A stretch of 64,000 bases of DNA. Source: Octopus sinensis. Taxonomy: Eukaryota. The stretch is from the NCBI RefSeq assembly GCF_006345805.1, contig NC_043006.1, positions 81,096,001 to 81,160,000 of the forward strand, written 5' to 3'. The position numbers and the translations under genes are program-made. How positions within the stretch are numbered: position 1 is the stretch's first letter; each line of letters begins with the position of its first letter. Shown in pieces: positions 51,480 to 64,000 of this stretch. The notes under the pieces were generated by a model that saw nothing but the letters and a program-made list of their open reading frames with translations, did no database searches and was not told the DNA's origin.

Positions 51480-54400
51480 TCATGACAAACATCTAACAAG
51501 AATACCGTCGAGTTATTCATGCCTGTAACAAACACTTCAACAATAAACTCAAGTGGATGAAACAGCAACAAAACGATCTCAGCATGGTAAGAATCAAAAC
51601 AAATGCCCAAACATTATCGACGGGAGTGTCATGTCAGAATGCAAACTACCAGAGGATTTCGACGCCAGGACACCGGAAAGCAATACCGCCATCAACAACA
51701 ACAACAACAACAAGAAATACACCTCTGGAATATATGGAATATACAGATGAAATGCATGCTTTAGAGTTACCACCAATTTCGCTACATATAAAAAAATGTC
51801 AGAAAAATTGATTGTCTGAAATTGAAAAAACGTTCTTAAAATTTAGATGGAGGTTAGGACAATACAACAACAACAAACATACAAACATACGATACCAAAA
51901 CAACAACAATAACAATAGCAGTGTTGATGACAACAACAATAGTGGCAATAACAGCAACAACAATGATAACCACAAGATTCCTCACTCAGACAACTATAAC
52001 AACAATAACACAAGCGTAGGAAACAGAAACAACTATTATAACAACAACAGTAACGATGATGATAGCAACAATAACAACAACAACAACAACAACCCACACA
52101 CAGATAATGATAACAACCACATCATCCACACCACTACCAACAACAACACCCACAACAATAACAATAGGCACAACACGAGCACTACCACCAGCAACAACAA
52201 CAACAATGCCAACAACAATAATAATAACAAAAATCACAACGATAATAACACTCTACATTCTGTCTTCTATAAACCTAACAACAATTCTTATGACATGACG
52301 AGGATCTACCCCACAGACTTATACTTTAACAAAAGTGTATGTATCCCACCCAAATTTGACAGTGAAACAGAAGCAAAGATCTCCTTAACTAGAAATAAAC
52401 TCCGACATATCTTAGACAGATACAACAAATCCACTAAAAAACATAGTGTGGAGGGGACCCACCAACTCAGCTCGTCTGTTGACAAAGACCTACAAAAACT
52501 AAATCAGCGGATTAGGAACAAAAAATTATTGTGCCTCTCTACGGACAAATCTGGCAGACTGTCAATAGACAGCTCACAGACATATGTCCAGAACATGCAA
52601 CAACACATCAGCAGCATGAGAGAAGTTACACCACAAGAACATGAAAGAGTGGAAAAACTCCTCAATGCACACATGGAGATATGGTGCAACATACTCTAGT
52701 CTATAAAACGGATGGCACACAATTTCCAAGCATCGAACAACAACATTCCTACACTATATGGGTTACACAAAGACCACAAACCCTACACAAACCCTGTCAT
52801 GGGGCCCCCAACCAGACCAGTCTGCGGAGCGAACATCTCCAGCAGCTATAGACTGTCCTACTTCCTCTCACAGGTATTACGACCTCTCATAGAGATGACT
52901 CCGGATGTCTGTGTGAGTACAGAAGATCTCCTCAGTGAAATCAGTACGTGCAACCACTCCAACGACCTCACAGGTTGTGTAGTGGGTAGTATGGATGTGA
53001 TTTCACTCTACCCATCTATAGACATACATTTTTGTGTAGAGATGCATTCAGGTAATCTGTGAGAGTGAGGTGGAATTCCGTAAGGTCAACACAAGGGAAC
53101 TGGGCCTCCTCCTCAGACTATGCTATGACAGTAATTATTTAGATAACCATGACCTCAGTAGATTCTGCCCCACCAGGTCACAGAAGGGAAAACCACCCAC
53201 CATCACTACAGCAGTGAAGTAAAGCACCACAGAGCGCTGGAGTGGCTGGGCTGCATCGACCCCAAACCCTGAGAACAACAATCAGGTGAAAGAAATGATT
53301 GCATATGCAATAGGGCCAGTGTAAAAACCACCCTGAAGAACCACATAGTAAAGTTTAACAAAAAAACTATACATGCAGGTTCAAGGTGCAGCCACCGGTG
53401 TCGGTGTAGCTAGAGATGTGGCCGGCCTATTCATGACCTGGTAGGACAGAAAACTGAAACAAATGTTAGCAGCACAGTCCACAACTCTTCTACTCCAGAG
53501 TAGATATGTAGAGGACATTAATATCATAGTCAGGACCAACTCTAGTGATAACTAGTGTAGAAACTGAGAAGAACGTAATGGAGAATATCCAGCAAATAGC
53601 TAACTCCATCCCCCAAAGTATCAAGGTAACTATAGATTACCCCACTAAGCACCCCAACAATAAACTCCCTATACTTGATACTGGACTTTGGTTAGAGACT
53701 GTGAACAATAGAGCGCAATTCCCCTACTCCTATTACATGAAACCTATAACTTCAAAATATGTTGTTCACAAGAACTCATCTTTGTTACACAACATGAAAA
53801 TGAACATACTTATAGCAGACTTAGTTAGAATAATGAAGAATGTGTCCACACTATGCGAATCCTATGAAACGAAAAAACATATACAGAACTTCATGCACCA
53901 CATGCAGTTCTCGGGATATGATCAGAAAGATAGGGTTCGAGTATACAGAGGGGCTAGAAAGAAATTAGAAAACATTACACGTAATGATACCAGTGGTTCC
54001 TGTCCTAGATATAGAAACAAAAAATGGAATAGGATACAAAGAACTTGTGACAAAGCAAACAGGGAGAAAACGTGGTATAAAACCGACAAATATCAAGGAG
54101 TGATGTTTGTAGAGGCTACAGCCCATGGAGATCTATCCCGTAGATTTAGAAAAGCTCTGAAGGTGACCAAACTCAACATTAAGATTGTTGAAAAACCAGG
54201 GAACTCCCTCAGATCACAACTATGTAGGACGTACCCCTTTGAGAATACCATATGCACCAATGATAACTACACGGTATATAGGATTAGCCCTGACATTAAC
54301 TGTAGAACTCGAAATGTAGTCTACAACATAAGATGCATAGAGGTTGCTTGTAAAGACATGAACATGACATACATAGGGGAGACATCTAGGAACATTAGGG

Positions 54401-54600
54401 AACGACTAACTGAAGCTCGGAGACAATATGACGACAAAAAAACAGTCCGCCATACTCTACCAACATGCCAAAGACCACCACGGCGGCAACTTGGGTCAAC
54501 TTGACATCCGCATTTTATCCAAGCACCCAAAAGACACAACACTCAGACAAATACGGGAGTACGTACTTATAAAAGAAACTTCCCCAATATGAAATAGGAA
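51480..54600 (+). mobile_element. Penelope-like element (Naiad-like), near full length, decayed
   Basis: EIEKTFLKFRW, STDKSGRL, PTLYGLHKDHK, PPTRPVCGA, GSMDVISLYPSI, QVQGAATG, RYVEDI, LPILD, FSGY, NCRTRNVVYNIRC..YIGETSRNIRERL (GIY-YIG); several stops and frameshifts. Clade assignment is inference. Confidence 0.9.
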
Positions 54601-55332
54601 ATATACATAGTAGATATCATACCCATATACCCAAAGTTTACGCAGCTAGAGTAGAATAGTTAGTGGGCTGTTATGTAGAGAGATGTATGTATGTGTGTGC
54701 GGGGAGTATATATGTGTATATGCATAAGTATGTAAGCATACGGATATGAAAATAAACAGATCAACATAGAGACGGATAGGTACATAGGTTATATGAACAT
54801 ACAAGCACACATGCGCAAATGGAGATTGAAACACATGCCCATATATATACACACACACTTTATTTCACACAAGGACACATACGGAGACACGTGTGCACAC
54901 ATATGGAGATGCACATCCATACATACAAACGTGGTACATAGTTGCAAAACACACACACATACAGACATGCACACAGAAGGAGACAGAGGGCATACACATG
55001 CAACACCGGACGACACACACACATGAATAACAATACACAAACACGGACATGCAAACACATGAATATGCAGAATACATACAGATGCACACACATACAGATA
55101 TACATATGTATACACACACATATATCCAAAGAAAAACGATTTATTCACACAAACGTGAAAAGTTCCTGCGGTTTTATCGATCGCATTCTCACCTGGAATC
55201 GATTTTTGCAATTTTATGAAGACTTATGCACGCCCAGATACCGTCGGTATTTACATATCAAATTTGAGCGCAATCGGATGGCGAATGCCCTAGATCCTAG
55301 AAGACACACACACGGACAGGAATAATATATAC

Positions 55333-55382
<50 letters not shown>

Positions 55383-55390
55383 GCAAGGAG

Positions 55391-55719
55391 CGTGGAAGGT
55401 GTTTATAAGCCATTTAAGAAACACACAAAAGCCGTTCGATTCACTTCAACATTTAAGTTTAATTTGTCAAAATATTTTCGTCGCTAAAATCCGCGACCTC
55501 TTCACTGACAAAAATCCGTGCTGCACGGACTTTGTTCAGTGAACAGGTCGCGGATTTTAGCGACGAAAATATTTTGACAAATTAAACTTAAATGTTGAAG
55601 TGAATCGAACGGCTTTTGTGTGTTTCTTAAATGGCTTATAAACACCTTCCACGTTGCAATTGTTTTCATTTCAGCACACGATCTCAGATCAAATTACTTG
55701 CTATGCGAGTACATCTCCG

Positions 55720-55722
<3 letters not shown>
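55391..55722. repeat. ~260-bp near-perfect palindrome (inverted PLE pLTR-like fragments) with a hammerhead-like motif in each arm
   Basis: 55391-55521 pairs with 55523-55653 around CCGTGC-T-GCACGG; flanked by (TA)n. Confidence 0.9.
55531..55581 (+). ncRNA. variant minimal hammerhead ribozyme (G3-C8 core)
   Basis: TTTGT(T)CA-GTGAACA-G-GTCGC ggatttta GCGAC-GAAA-ATAT-TT-TGACAAA; mirror copy at 55463-55512 (minus strand) reads GTGAAGA. Confidence 0.55.
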
Positions 55723-55763
<41 letters not shown>

Positions 55764-55799
55764 GTATTATATATATTTATTATATGCATAGATATATTA

Positions 55800-57200
55800 T
55801 TATGTGAAGTCGTCTGTTGAAACAGATAATGATCGCACATGCACTAGGAGCTAGTATAAGAATTACCCTAAAAGGCCACACGTTTAAGTTTAATAATAAA
55901 ATATATGCCCAGGACGAGGGGGCAGCCATAGGCGTTAGTATCGCTGGTGATGTGGCCAACCTTTTCATGGTATGGTGGGACAGAAGGCTTAAAGAACGCC
56001 TAACACAGAACTCCATACTCGTAAACATGTACTCTCGCTATGTTGATGGTATCAACATAGTGGTAAAGGCAGCCCCACAAGAGAGTAATGTTGATATAGT
56101 AATAGAAACTAATACTATGGAGATCATCCAGCAAATAGCTAACTCCATCCACCAGAGTATTAAGGTCACAATAGACTACCCCACTAAACACCCCAACCAG
56201 AGACTACCAGTACTAGACACCGACCTCTGGCTAGAAATTGTGAATAATAAAACCCAAATCCTTCATTCATACTATGCCAAACCTATGGCCTCAAAATACT
56301 TGATCCACCGGAACTCAGCCATTGCGGACAATGCCAAGTTCAATATTTTGATGGCAGACCTCATCAGAATAATGAGAAATGTGTCATGCATGTGCGAGCC
56401 CACAGAGTTAACGAGACACATACAATATTTCATTCACCGCATGCAGTTCTCAGGTTACAGCCATAAAGAAAGGATCAGAGTATACAAAGGAGCCATTAAG
56501 AAATTTGATAATATATTATGTAATGATAGGAATGGTATTTGCCCACTCTATAGGAACAAGTCATGGAATACTATAGAAAGGACAAAAAAGAAAATAGGGA
56601 AGGCCAGCTCTTGGTATGATAGCCATAAATACCAGAGTGTCATGTTCGTTGACACCACCCCTGGAGGTGAACTGGCGTATCGCTTTAGAAGGACCCTAGA
56701 CCAACTTAAGCTAACAATTAAGGTTGTTGAAAAGCCAGGCAACCCTATCAAATCTATAATTGGTAGAACCTATCCTTTTAGTAGAATGCCCTGTACGGAT
56801 AAGTACTATACTGTATGTAGATTTAGCCCACAAACAAACTGTAAAGCCAGAAATGTAGTCTATAGTATTAGATGTATAGAGGGACGGTGCAGTAACAAGA
56901 CAATGACATACGTAGGGGAAACGGCAGAAGCATAGGAGAGCGGGTAAATGAGCATTGGAGACAACTCAAGGAAGGTAAAAGCTCATCGATTCTGTACCAA
57001 CACGCCGAACAAGAACACTGGGGATCAATCAATAACATAGAAATTAAAATATTATCCACCACAAGATCAGATGCAACAATTAGACAAATTACAGAAGCTA
57101 CACACATAAAAAATAACCTAGCCTGAATAGAAAACTAGAATGGAGCACTAACACACACCACAACATCTGACGATAGAGGATCCTGAAAACATAATAAATA
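55800..57200 (+). mobile_element. Penelope-like element (Naiad-like), 5'-truncated, second family
   Basis: ORF 55817-56935: YAQDEGAAIGVSIAGDVANLFMVWWD, RYVDGIN, LPVLD, YYAKPMAS, FSGY, NCKARNVVYSIRC..YVGET; after frameshifts RSIGERVNEH...IRQITEA...LNRKLEW. Confidence 0.92.
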
Positions 57201-57261
57201 CACAGATAAATAAATAAACGAATAGAAATAAATAACATATATATATATATATATATATATA

Positions 57262-57300
<39 letters not shown>

Positions 57301-57354
57301 ATGTATATATATATATATATGTATATATATAATATATATATATATATATATTAT

Positions 57355-57854
57355 TCGATTCAATTTATTATTATTATTACTAGTATTGTTGTTATGCATA
57401 CATACATACAAGCATATGTAATGATAATAATGGGTGGATGTAAACACATGAACAAAATAAGAATAAACGAAAACAACAACAACAAAAATACAAAAACAAT
57501 TACATGAACATATAAATTACAAATTACATGAACATATATAAACAGAAGATACAAATATTACAGGCATCCCCCACATACACACACTAAATAAACATAAACG
57601 CACATAGAGATATAAGCATACGCAATGAAGACATACAATAGAAATACAAAATGGCTGACGGTTAGTAAGGAGAGACACAAATAAGTAAGAAGAAACAAGG
57701 ACCACTGATGCGGTCACAGGAGTGTGACGAAGAACTCTGGCCGAAATAAGATTAAGATTAATGTAAAAAATAAATAACACTGAAGCAAAGTAACACCAAA
57801 TATATAGTGCGTGTGTTTTTATTGGCTAAACTGGCAAAATGACCATTCCTAAAT

Positions 57855-57921
<67 letters not shown>

Positions 57922-57927
57922 TATATA

Positions 57928-57977
<50 letters not shown>

Positions 57978-58545
57978 ATGTATATATATATATATATGTA
58001 TATATATATTATATATATATATTATATATTCGATTCAATTTATTATTATTATTACTAGTATTGTTGTTATACATACATACATACAAGCATATGTAATGAT
58101 AATAATGGGTGGATGTAAACACATGAACAAAATAAGAATAAACGAAAACAACAACAACAAAAATACAAAATACAAATTACATGAACATATAAAATTACAA
58201 ATTACATGAACATATATAAACAGGAGAATATACAAATATTACAGGCATCCCCCACATACACACACTAAATAAACATAAACGCACAGAGAGATATAAGCAT
58301 ACGCAAATGAAGAATACAATAGAAATACAAAATGGCTGACGGTTAGTAAGGAGAGACACAAATAAGTAAGAAGAAAACAAAGGACCACTGATGCAGTCAC
58401 AGGAGTGTGACGAAAGAACTCTGGCCGAAATAAGATTAAGATTAATGTAAAAAATAAATAACACTGAAGCAAAGTAACACCAAATATATATAGTGCGTGT
58501 GTTTTTATTGGCTAAACTGGCAAAATGACCATTCCTAAAAATAAT
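57355..58545 (+). repeat. two tandem ~500-bp units (57355-57860, 58030-58545) downstream of the PLE; probable pLTR/3' repeats
   Basis: Near-identical copies separated by (TA)n; each carries a hammerhead-like motif. Confidence 0.8.
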
Positions 58546-58634
58546 ACAACATATATATATAAGAATATATATATATATTATATATATATATATTATATAT
58601 ATAATAGATATATACATGTCTATATCTATATTTA

Positions 58635-58734
<100 letters not shown>

Positions 58735-60229
58735 TATATACATATATAATCAACAAGAGAAAGAAACATGTAAATGAATGAGAAAACAGGAACATAGAGG
58801 ACGAAGCAGAACCTCATGAAGGTTGTGTATCTATATGTGTAACTGCGCGTATGTGTGTGTGTTTGTGCGTTTATATGTGTGTGTGTTTGTGTGTGTGAGC
58901 TCGTGTGTAAGTGTCTGGGAGAGGACACATATAGTTGTATATGGCGTTGTGTTACTAAAAGTATCAATTTCTTGGACATCAATAAGTAAAGATTATGAGA
59001 TATATAGATTAATGTTGGATTTCATCGGAGGTGAGAAAGAGTGTTAAAAATAATGCAATCTGCATACCATGAAATCTTTCCATCGCATTACTTTCAATTG
59101 AGTAATCTGACAGGAAATTTCCTACAAAAGGCATCAGAGACAGACGTAACACTTTGATAGGCGACCTAAAGTTCTCATAGATTTCTAACAAATGACTTCC
59201 ATTAAATGTATGACGTGGTCAAGAAGTGTTAAACAATGTCATTTCTCAGGTCGAGCAGGAACAGCAGCCTGTATAATTCCCATTATGGATAATATTAATG
59301 GTTTCCTTTGTCTAGAGTCAGGCAAGCAGAATTACAAATTGACTACGTTTTTTCAGTCAGGAGCCTGGATTTAACATTTGCGATCTCTTAGGTGAGTTTT
59401 TAAGCTAGCATGCTACATTTTATAAAAACTATTAGGTTCTAGATTAATTCTATAAAATTATTGGATTTCATTATAATTACTTTCAACTATACAGCTATGT
59501 TGACTTAAAATTTATGGAGATTTGTGCTTCATCAGCTTATCACTTCATAAAAAGGCTATAAATGACGATCCCAGGAATTAATTGATTAATCCACTTGTTA
59601 AACAAAATGCTTTATTAATCGCCTGACGCGGCTAATAAACAAAAACTAAAATAAAATCATGACACAGCTATTTCTCTATTGCGTATACGGAGATTAAAAA
59701 TGGCCGACTCATTATAGGAAAGAATATAGCTATATAAATACTTCTCTAGTATGCATTGTAATTAGTTTTATCCTATAAAATTGCCAGAAGAGTAAGGATA
59801 AGTGTCCATGACATTTACATGCTCTTTTAGAATGATATCGATTACCAGGTTACTATCTTTAAGAAATTGATTATAGAACGGAGCACTGGGTATCTCTTGG
59901 AATACTTAATTACAAAATATTCATGTAGATCATGCATTAACCCGCAGTAGCTAGGTTAGCGCCAAGGACATTGCTTTTTTTTTTTTTTTTACAAAATTGC
60001 CGATACTAACGGGAGAAACGCAGAAAGGTTTTGATAACCCCACAAAAGATAGAACAAAAACTTTCAATGGTGTGAACTTCATTCCAGTCATTCCTCGAAG
60101 GACAAGTGTGACGCTTAACCGTATGATGATTTGACCTATCTTCCATGAAAAAAATGAAAAAAAATGTCTTTCCAATGGGTTTCCGCACTATTTCTGTCTC
60201 ACGTATAAGACTTCCATACATACTCCATC

Positions 60230-60795
60230 TATTGGGTTGTCCGGAAAGTTCGTGCCGATTTTTAAAGGAAAGAAAAAGGTCAATAGATACTTGCCATTAC
60301 ATTTTTAATCAACCAAATATGAACCATTTTGTTGCACAATGCGTCTCCATCTTTCCTTTAACTTGAAAATATCCTTTTCCCAGGAGTGAGGTGGTTTCAT
60401 GACAAATAATTCATTAAGGTATCTTTTTACGTCATCCAAGGAATTGAAATTTATACCATTCAGACTAGTCTGCAGAGACTATTCCCCTGAATAAGTGGAA
60501 ATCCGAAGGAGCAACATTTGGTGAATATGGAGGTTAAGGTAACACATTCCAACCGAACTGCAGCAATTTATGTCTGATTCCCAAAGCATCAAGTGCATAA
60601 AATGAACTTTCTTATCTTCCATTTTAAAGGGTTACAGAATTAACACAGGTTATAGGAACATAAACCTTCTTTGAGGAAAATGTAGCTTAAGCTATGCTCT
60701 AAATGGAGGTGTAGTCAAATCCTATATTATGGACTCAAATAAGTCGAAAGGTAAAGCTACTATAAATCGGCACGAACTTTCCGGAGAACCCAATA
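60230..60795 (-). mobile_element. internally deleted mariner element with intact TIRs and TA TSD
   Basis: TA-TTGGGTTGTCCGGAAAGTTCGTGCCGATTT ... AAATCGGCACGAACTTTCCGGAGAACCCAA-TA; reverse strand has PPYSPNVAPSDFHLF and KLKERWRRIVQQNGSYLVD*. Confidence 0.93.
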
Positions 60796-62177
60796 TTTAA
60801 ACAAGGTATTACATAACTGGATCGAACACACAACTAGGTGATTATGGAGAATTTCAATAGACAACTATGCCAGTACCTATAATTGTTAATGCCAGCTTAA
60901 ATCGTTTCTACTAGGTGTAAACTACTTCGTGAAACATTGGTAACTCCGGCCTTATTAGGGTTAATCGGTTGAGCGATAAATTTCCCTTACCAATGCGTTT
61001 TAGTCTATGATAAATTATCATTCCTCATGTTAAAGCAGGTATGTTTAGCTATGTAAACTAAAGTAAGTGGAAAATAGATCAAAGTGAGAAAGCAATACTA
61101 GCTATAGAGCACGAACATAAATACTCAATACGAAGTTTTCGTAAATACGATTATTGCAATTTTTACTATGTATATTTTAACCTTTTATTGGCTACAATTT
61201 TTTGTTATTTTAAATGTAAGGTAATAGATATCCACAAGCAATTTCATGTGTATGAGCATTTTAAGTACATGTAATATTTTAACAAACACAGGTAACACAT
61301 CAAGTAGACAGCAACCAACTAGTAAACATTTCAGAATAAGTATTAGCTACAAACTGCTATTAGTCGTGCTTCTACAAATGTATTTATCGAATAAGATAAA
61401 TAACATATGTGGTGTCTAAATTTCGTACATTCAGTATATTATTCCAACACTTTCAGATAAATCAAATCAATACACTTTTCCGTTCGGATTCTAATATTTA
61501 AAGTGAATTAGAGACGAAATAAGTATCCAATTCTGTATGGCTTCCTCTGAGTAGGAATGGCAACTGGCATAATATATTTTTTACATGACCTGGAATGGTA
61601 AAAGCGTGAGGTTATCCTCAGAGTTAGAATCCTGTCTGAATGTGCAGGTGGTGGTGTTAAACTAGATAACGGAGTAAATGTACCATCCAAGAAATCAAAG
61701 GAGATGCTATCGTGTTTCTACATAGTTTCTTTTGTCTACTAAATTTCATTCACAAATTCATCGTCTCGAACCTGAGATAAAGTGCATTTAATCATGGTGC
61801 TGTGCCTCAGAACAATGTAGCTATAGAACGGATGTCTCAGACCAACTTCCATACGATAGAGCAACAGTGTAAATGCCAAGCAATTCTTAATTTTGTTCTT
61901 TCACGTTCTAATTGCAAATTCCATGGCTGCATTATGTTTCAAACCTTCCAAGAGCGATAAAATAAACATTGGAAGAAAGTACTGTGTAATAAAAGACAGC
62001 TTTGTTTATTATTTCTAACATGTCAAGTGGTCAAGGAGAAGCTCGATTGTTGACTTGTGGATTAGGACGGTGGTTTGGATGTGAGAGCGACTTGATTCCA
62101 TGTGATGGAAGTGGGATGGCAGTGGTAGTGCGTTGCAGTTGTTAGTTACAAAACTTTATTTTCTGAGAGCTAATACC

Positions 62178-62755
62178 TATTTTTTTACTACCCACAAGGG
62201 GCTAAACTCAGAGAGGACAAACAAGGACAGACAAACGGATTAAGTCGATTATATCGACCCCAGTAACAGGTACTTATTTAATCGACCCCGAAAGGATGAC
62301 AGGCAAAGTCGACTTCGGCGGAATTTGAACGTAGCGGCAGATGAAATACCTATTCTTTTTTTTACAACCCACAAGGGGCTAAACACAGAGGGGACAAACA
62401 AGGACAGACAAACGGATTAAGTCGATTATATCGACCACAGTAACTGGTACTTATTTAATCGACCCCGAAAGGATGAAAGGCAAAGTCGACTTTGGCGGAA
62501 TTTGAACGTAGCGGCAGATGAAATACCTATTCTTCTTTTTACAACCCACAAGGGGCTAAACACAGAGGGGACAAACACGGACAGACAAACGGATTAAGTC
62601 GATTATATCGACCCCAGTGCGAAACTGGTACTTATTTAATCGACCCCGAAAGGATGAAAGGCAAAGTCGACCTCGGCGGAATTTTAACTCAGAACGTAGC
62701 GGCAGACGAAATACCGCAAAGCATTTCGCCCGGCGCGCTAACGTTTCTGCCAGCT
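62178..62755 (-). mobile_element. SINE (GGCGGCGAGCTGG family) with its 3' ~180 bp present in three tandem copies
   Basis: CCCACAAGGGGCTAAAC...AAAGTCGAC..CGGCGGAATT occurs three times; only the last unit carries the head (62690-62755). Confidence 0.9.
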
Positions 62756-64000
62756 AATACCGCTGAAACGAACATTTCGTTGACCCTTCTGTGGACGATG
62801 ACATGAGAAACCGACGAATATTGAGGTAAAAAAAATGACATTGACAAACCATTTCGTGCAAATTTCTGACCTTACATCTATACAAGAAATCAACATCTAC
62901 GACCTGTTTATTAATTGTAATCTTCATTTATGCATGGCAGCCATCTCGCATCCTTTTAATAGTTTCCATTTTTAAACTTATCTTCTCTGCTTCCGGGCCT
63001 CTCTGTTTCTAGAAACTCGATCATTAAAGGGTGAATTCGACTGGATAGTTATCAATGCATAATTAACAGTATTTCTATCAAAATTTGAAACCCCAAAGCT
63101 ACTTAATCCCAGTCGGATTTGGCTTCATTAAATAATTTCTCCCATAGGCACATGATCAGAGAATTGATGGGTGTGGTATAATCGAATTAACCGCTTTATA
63201 GTACTTTAGTTTACTGCCTTGAACTGATTCAGAAGCAAAAATAGAGCTCCACGGCATTTGAACTCAGAGCGACAATAAATTATTATAAAATACCGCAAAT
63301 AATTCTCTACGACGCTCTAACGTTTCTACCAACACACAAGCAAGCAATCAGAAATTAGTGAGAGATAATTAAATATTCCAACGCAACTAAATTAGTCTAC
63401 CCTTTCTGCTAATCTCTTATCCTGGAAATTTCATTATAAATATTCAATAATAAAGGTTGCATAAGTACATTGCTGAAAACATCCATAAGATGTCGAGTGA
63501 AATGAAAAATAATGTTCAGATATGAGAAATAAATGACAAAGCGATAATTTAAAACAAACACACGTCGAAGTGTTTGTTTTATCATGAATTTACCAAAAAA
63601 TATCGATATTATGTTGCAGTTATAGAACAAACACGTTGTTGTGAAAGTTAAAAAAATGAAAGTAAAAAACGACGAAAAATTTCTGAACAAATTAACATGG
63701 CGGCTTCTGTTAAGTTCCGTATTTATCCTCATAAATAATTATGCATTTATATTAATAATCCTTAAATTATATTCATGATAAAAAAAAAACATTTTATTAA
63801 ATAGAGAAAGTTTACTGACCCTTTATTTTAAGATATCGGGATAACAAACAAAATGGAAATATTAAAATGATGACGTCATTACAGAGCTATGACTATGGCG
63901 ACAAGGAGAGAAAGGTGCAAGATTATTCATGTAAATGTATCAGTTGTTAGACTTCAGCTATACCAGGATGCGAACTCAAAGGTTTAATCAAATAATTTGA

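Noticed and set aside
51553-53545. Selenocysteine read-through of TGA in the Naiad-like PLE
   Set aside because: The breaks are frameshifts and mixed TAG/TAA/TGA stops at non-Cys positions, consistent with decay.
57165-57200. CTGACGA...GAAA right after the PLE ORF as a hammerhead
   Set aside because: No convincing stem I or stem II pairing can be drawn.
59240-59396. Plus-strand exon ending TAG|GTGAGT
   Set aside because: Splice-like motifs only; the reading frame is ambiguous and the product unrecognisable.

Overview
AT-rich, repeat-dominated animal (metazoan) genomic DNA. The (TA)n/(TATC)n/(TAA)n microsatellite load and the SINE families resemble a cephalopod (Octopus-like) genome; this is inference. 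No host protein-coding gene can be supported, and most ORFs in the track are microsatellite artefacts. The window holds: (i) a (TAA)n-hosted stack of four R4/Dong-like restriction-endonuclease LINE pieces with a nested CR1-like LINE (16-24 kb); (ii) three Penelope-like elements (PLEs; RT + GIY-YIG) at 35.3-39.1, 51.5-54.6 and 55.8-57.2 kb; (iii) several mariner remnants, a hairpin MITE and many tRNA-derived SINEs; (iv) a probable false duplication around a 100-N gap (43.8-48.9 kb). Two observations stand out. First, a non-coding ~473-bp unit carrying a well-formed type I hammerhead ribozyme has inserted twice into (TA)n with PLE-style inverted arms (retrozyme-like); further hammerhead variants in the window show C3-G8, U3-A8 and G3-C8 cores. 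Second, two tandem ~1.7-kb ORF1-only (gag/zinc-knuckle, no RT) retroelements sit in one ~19-bp target that occurs three times, and their 3' tail is shared with a SINE family.
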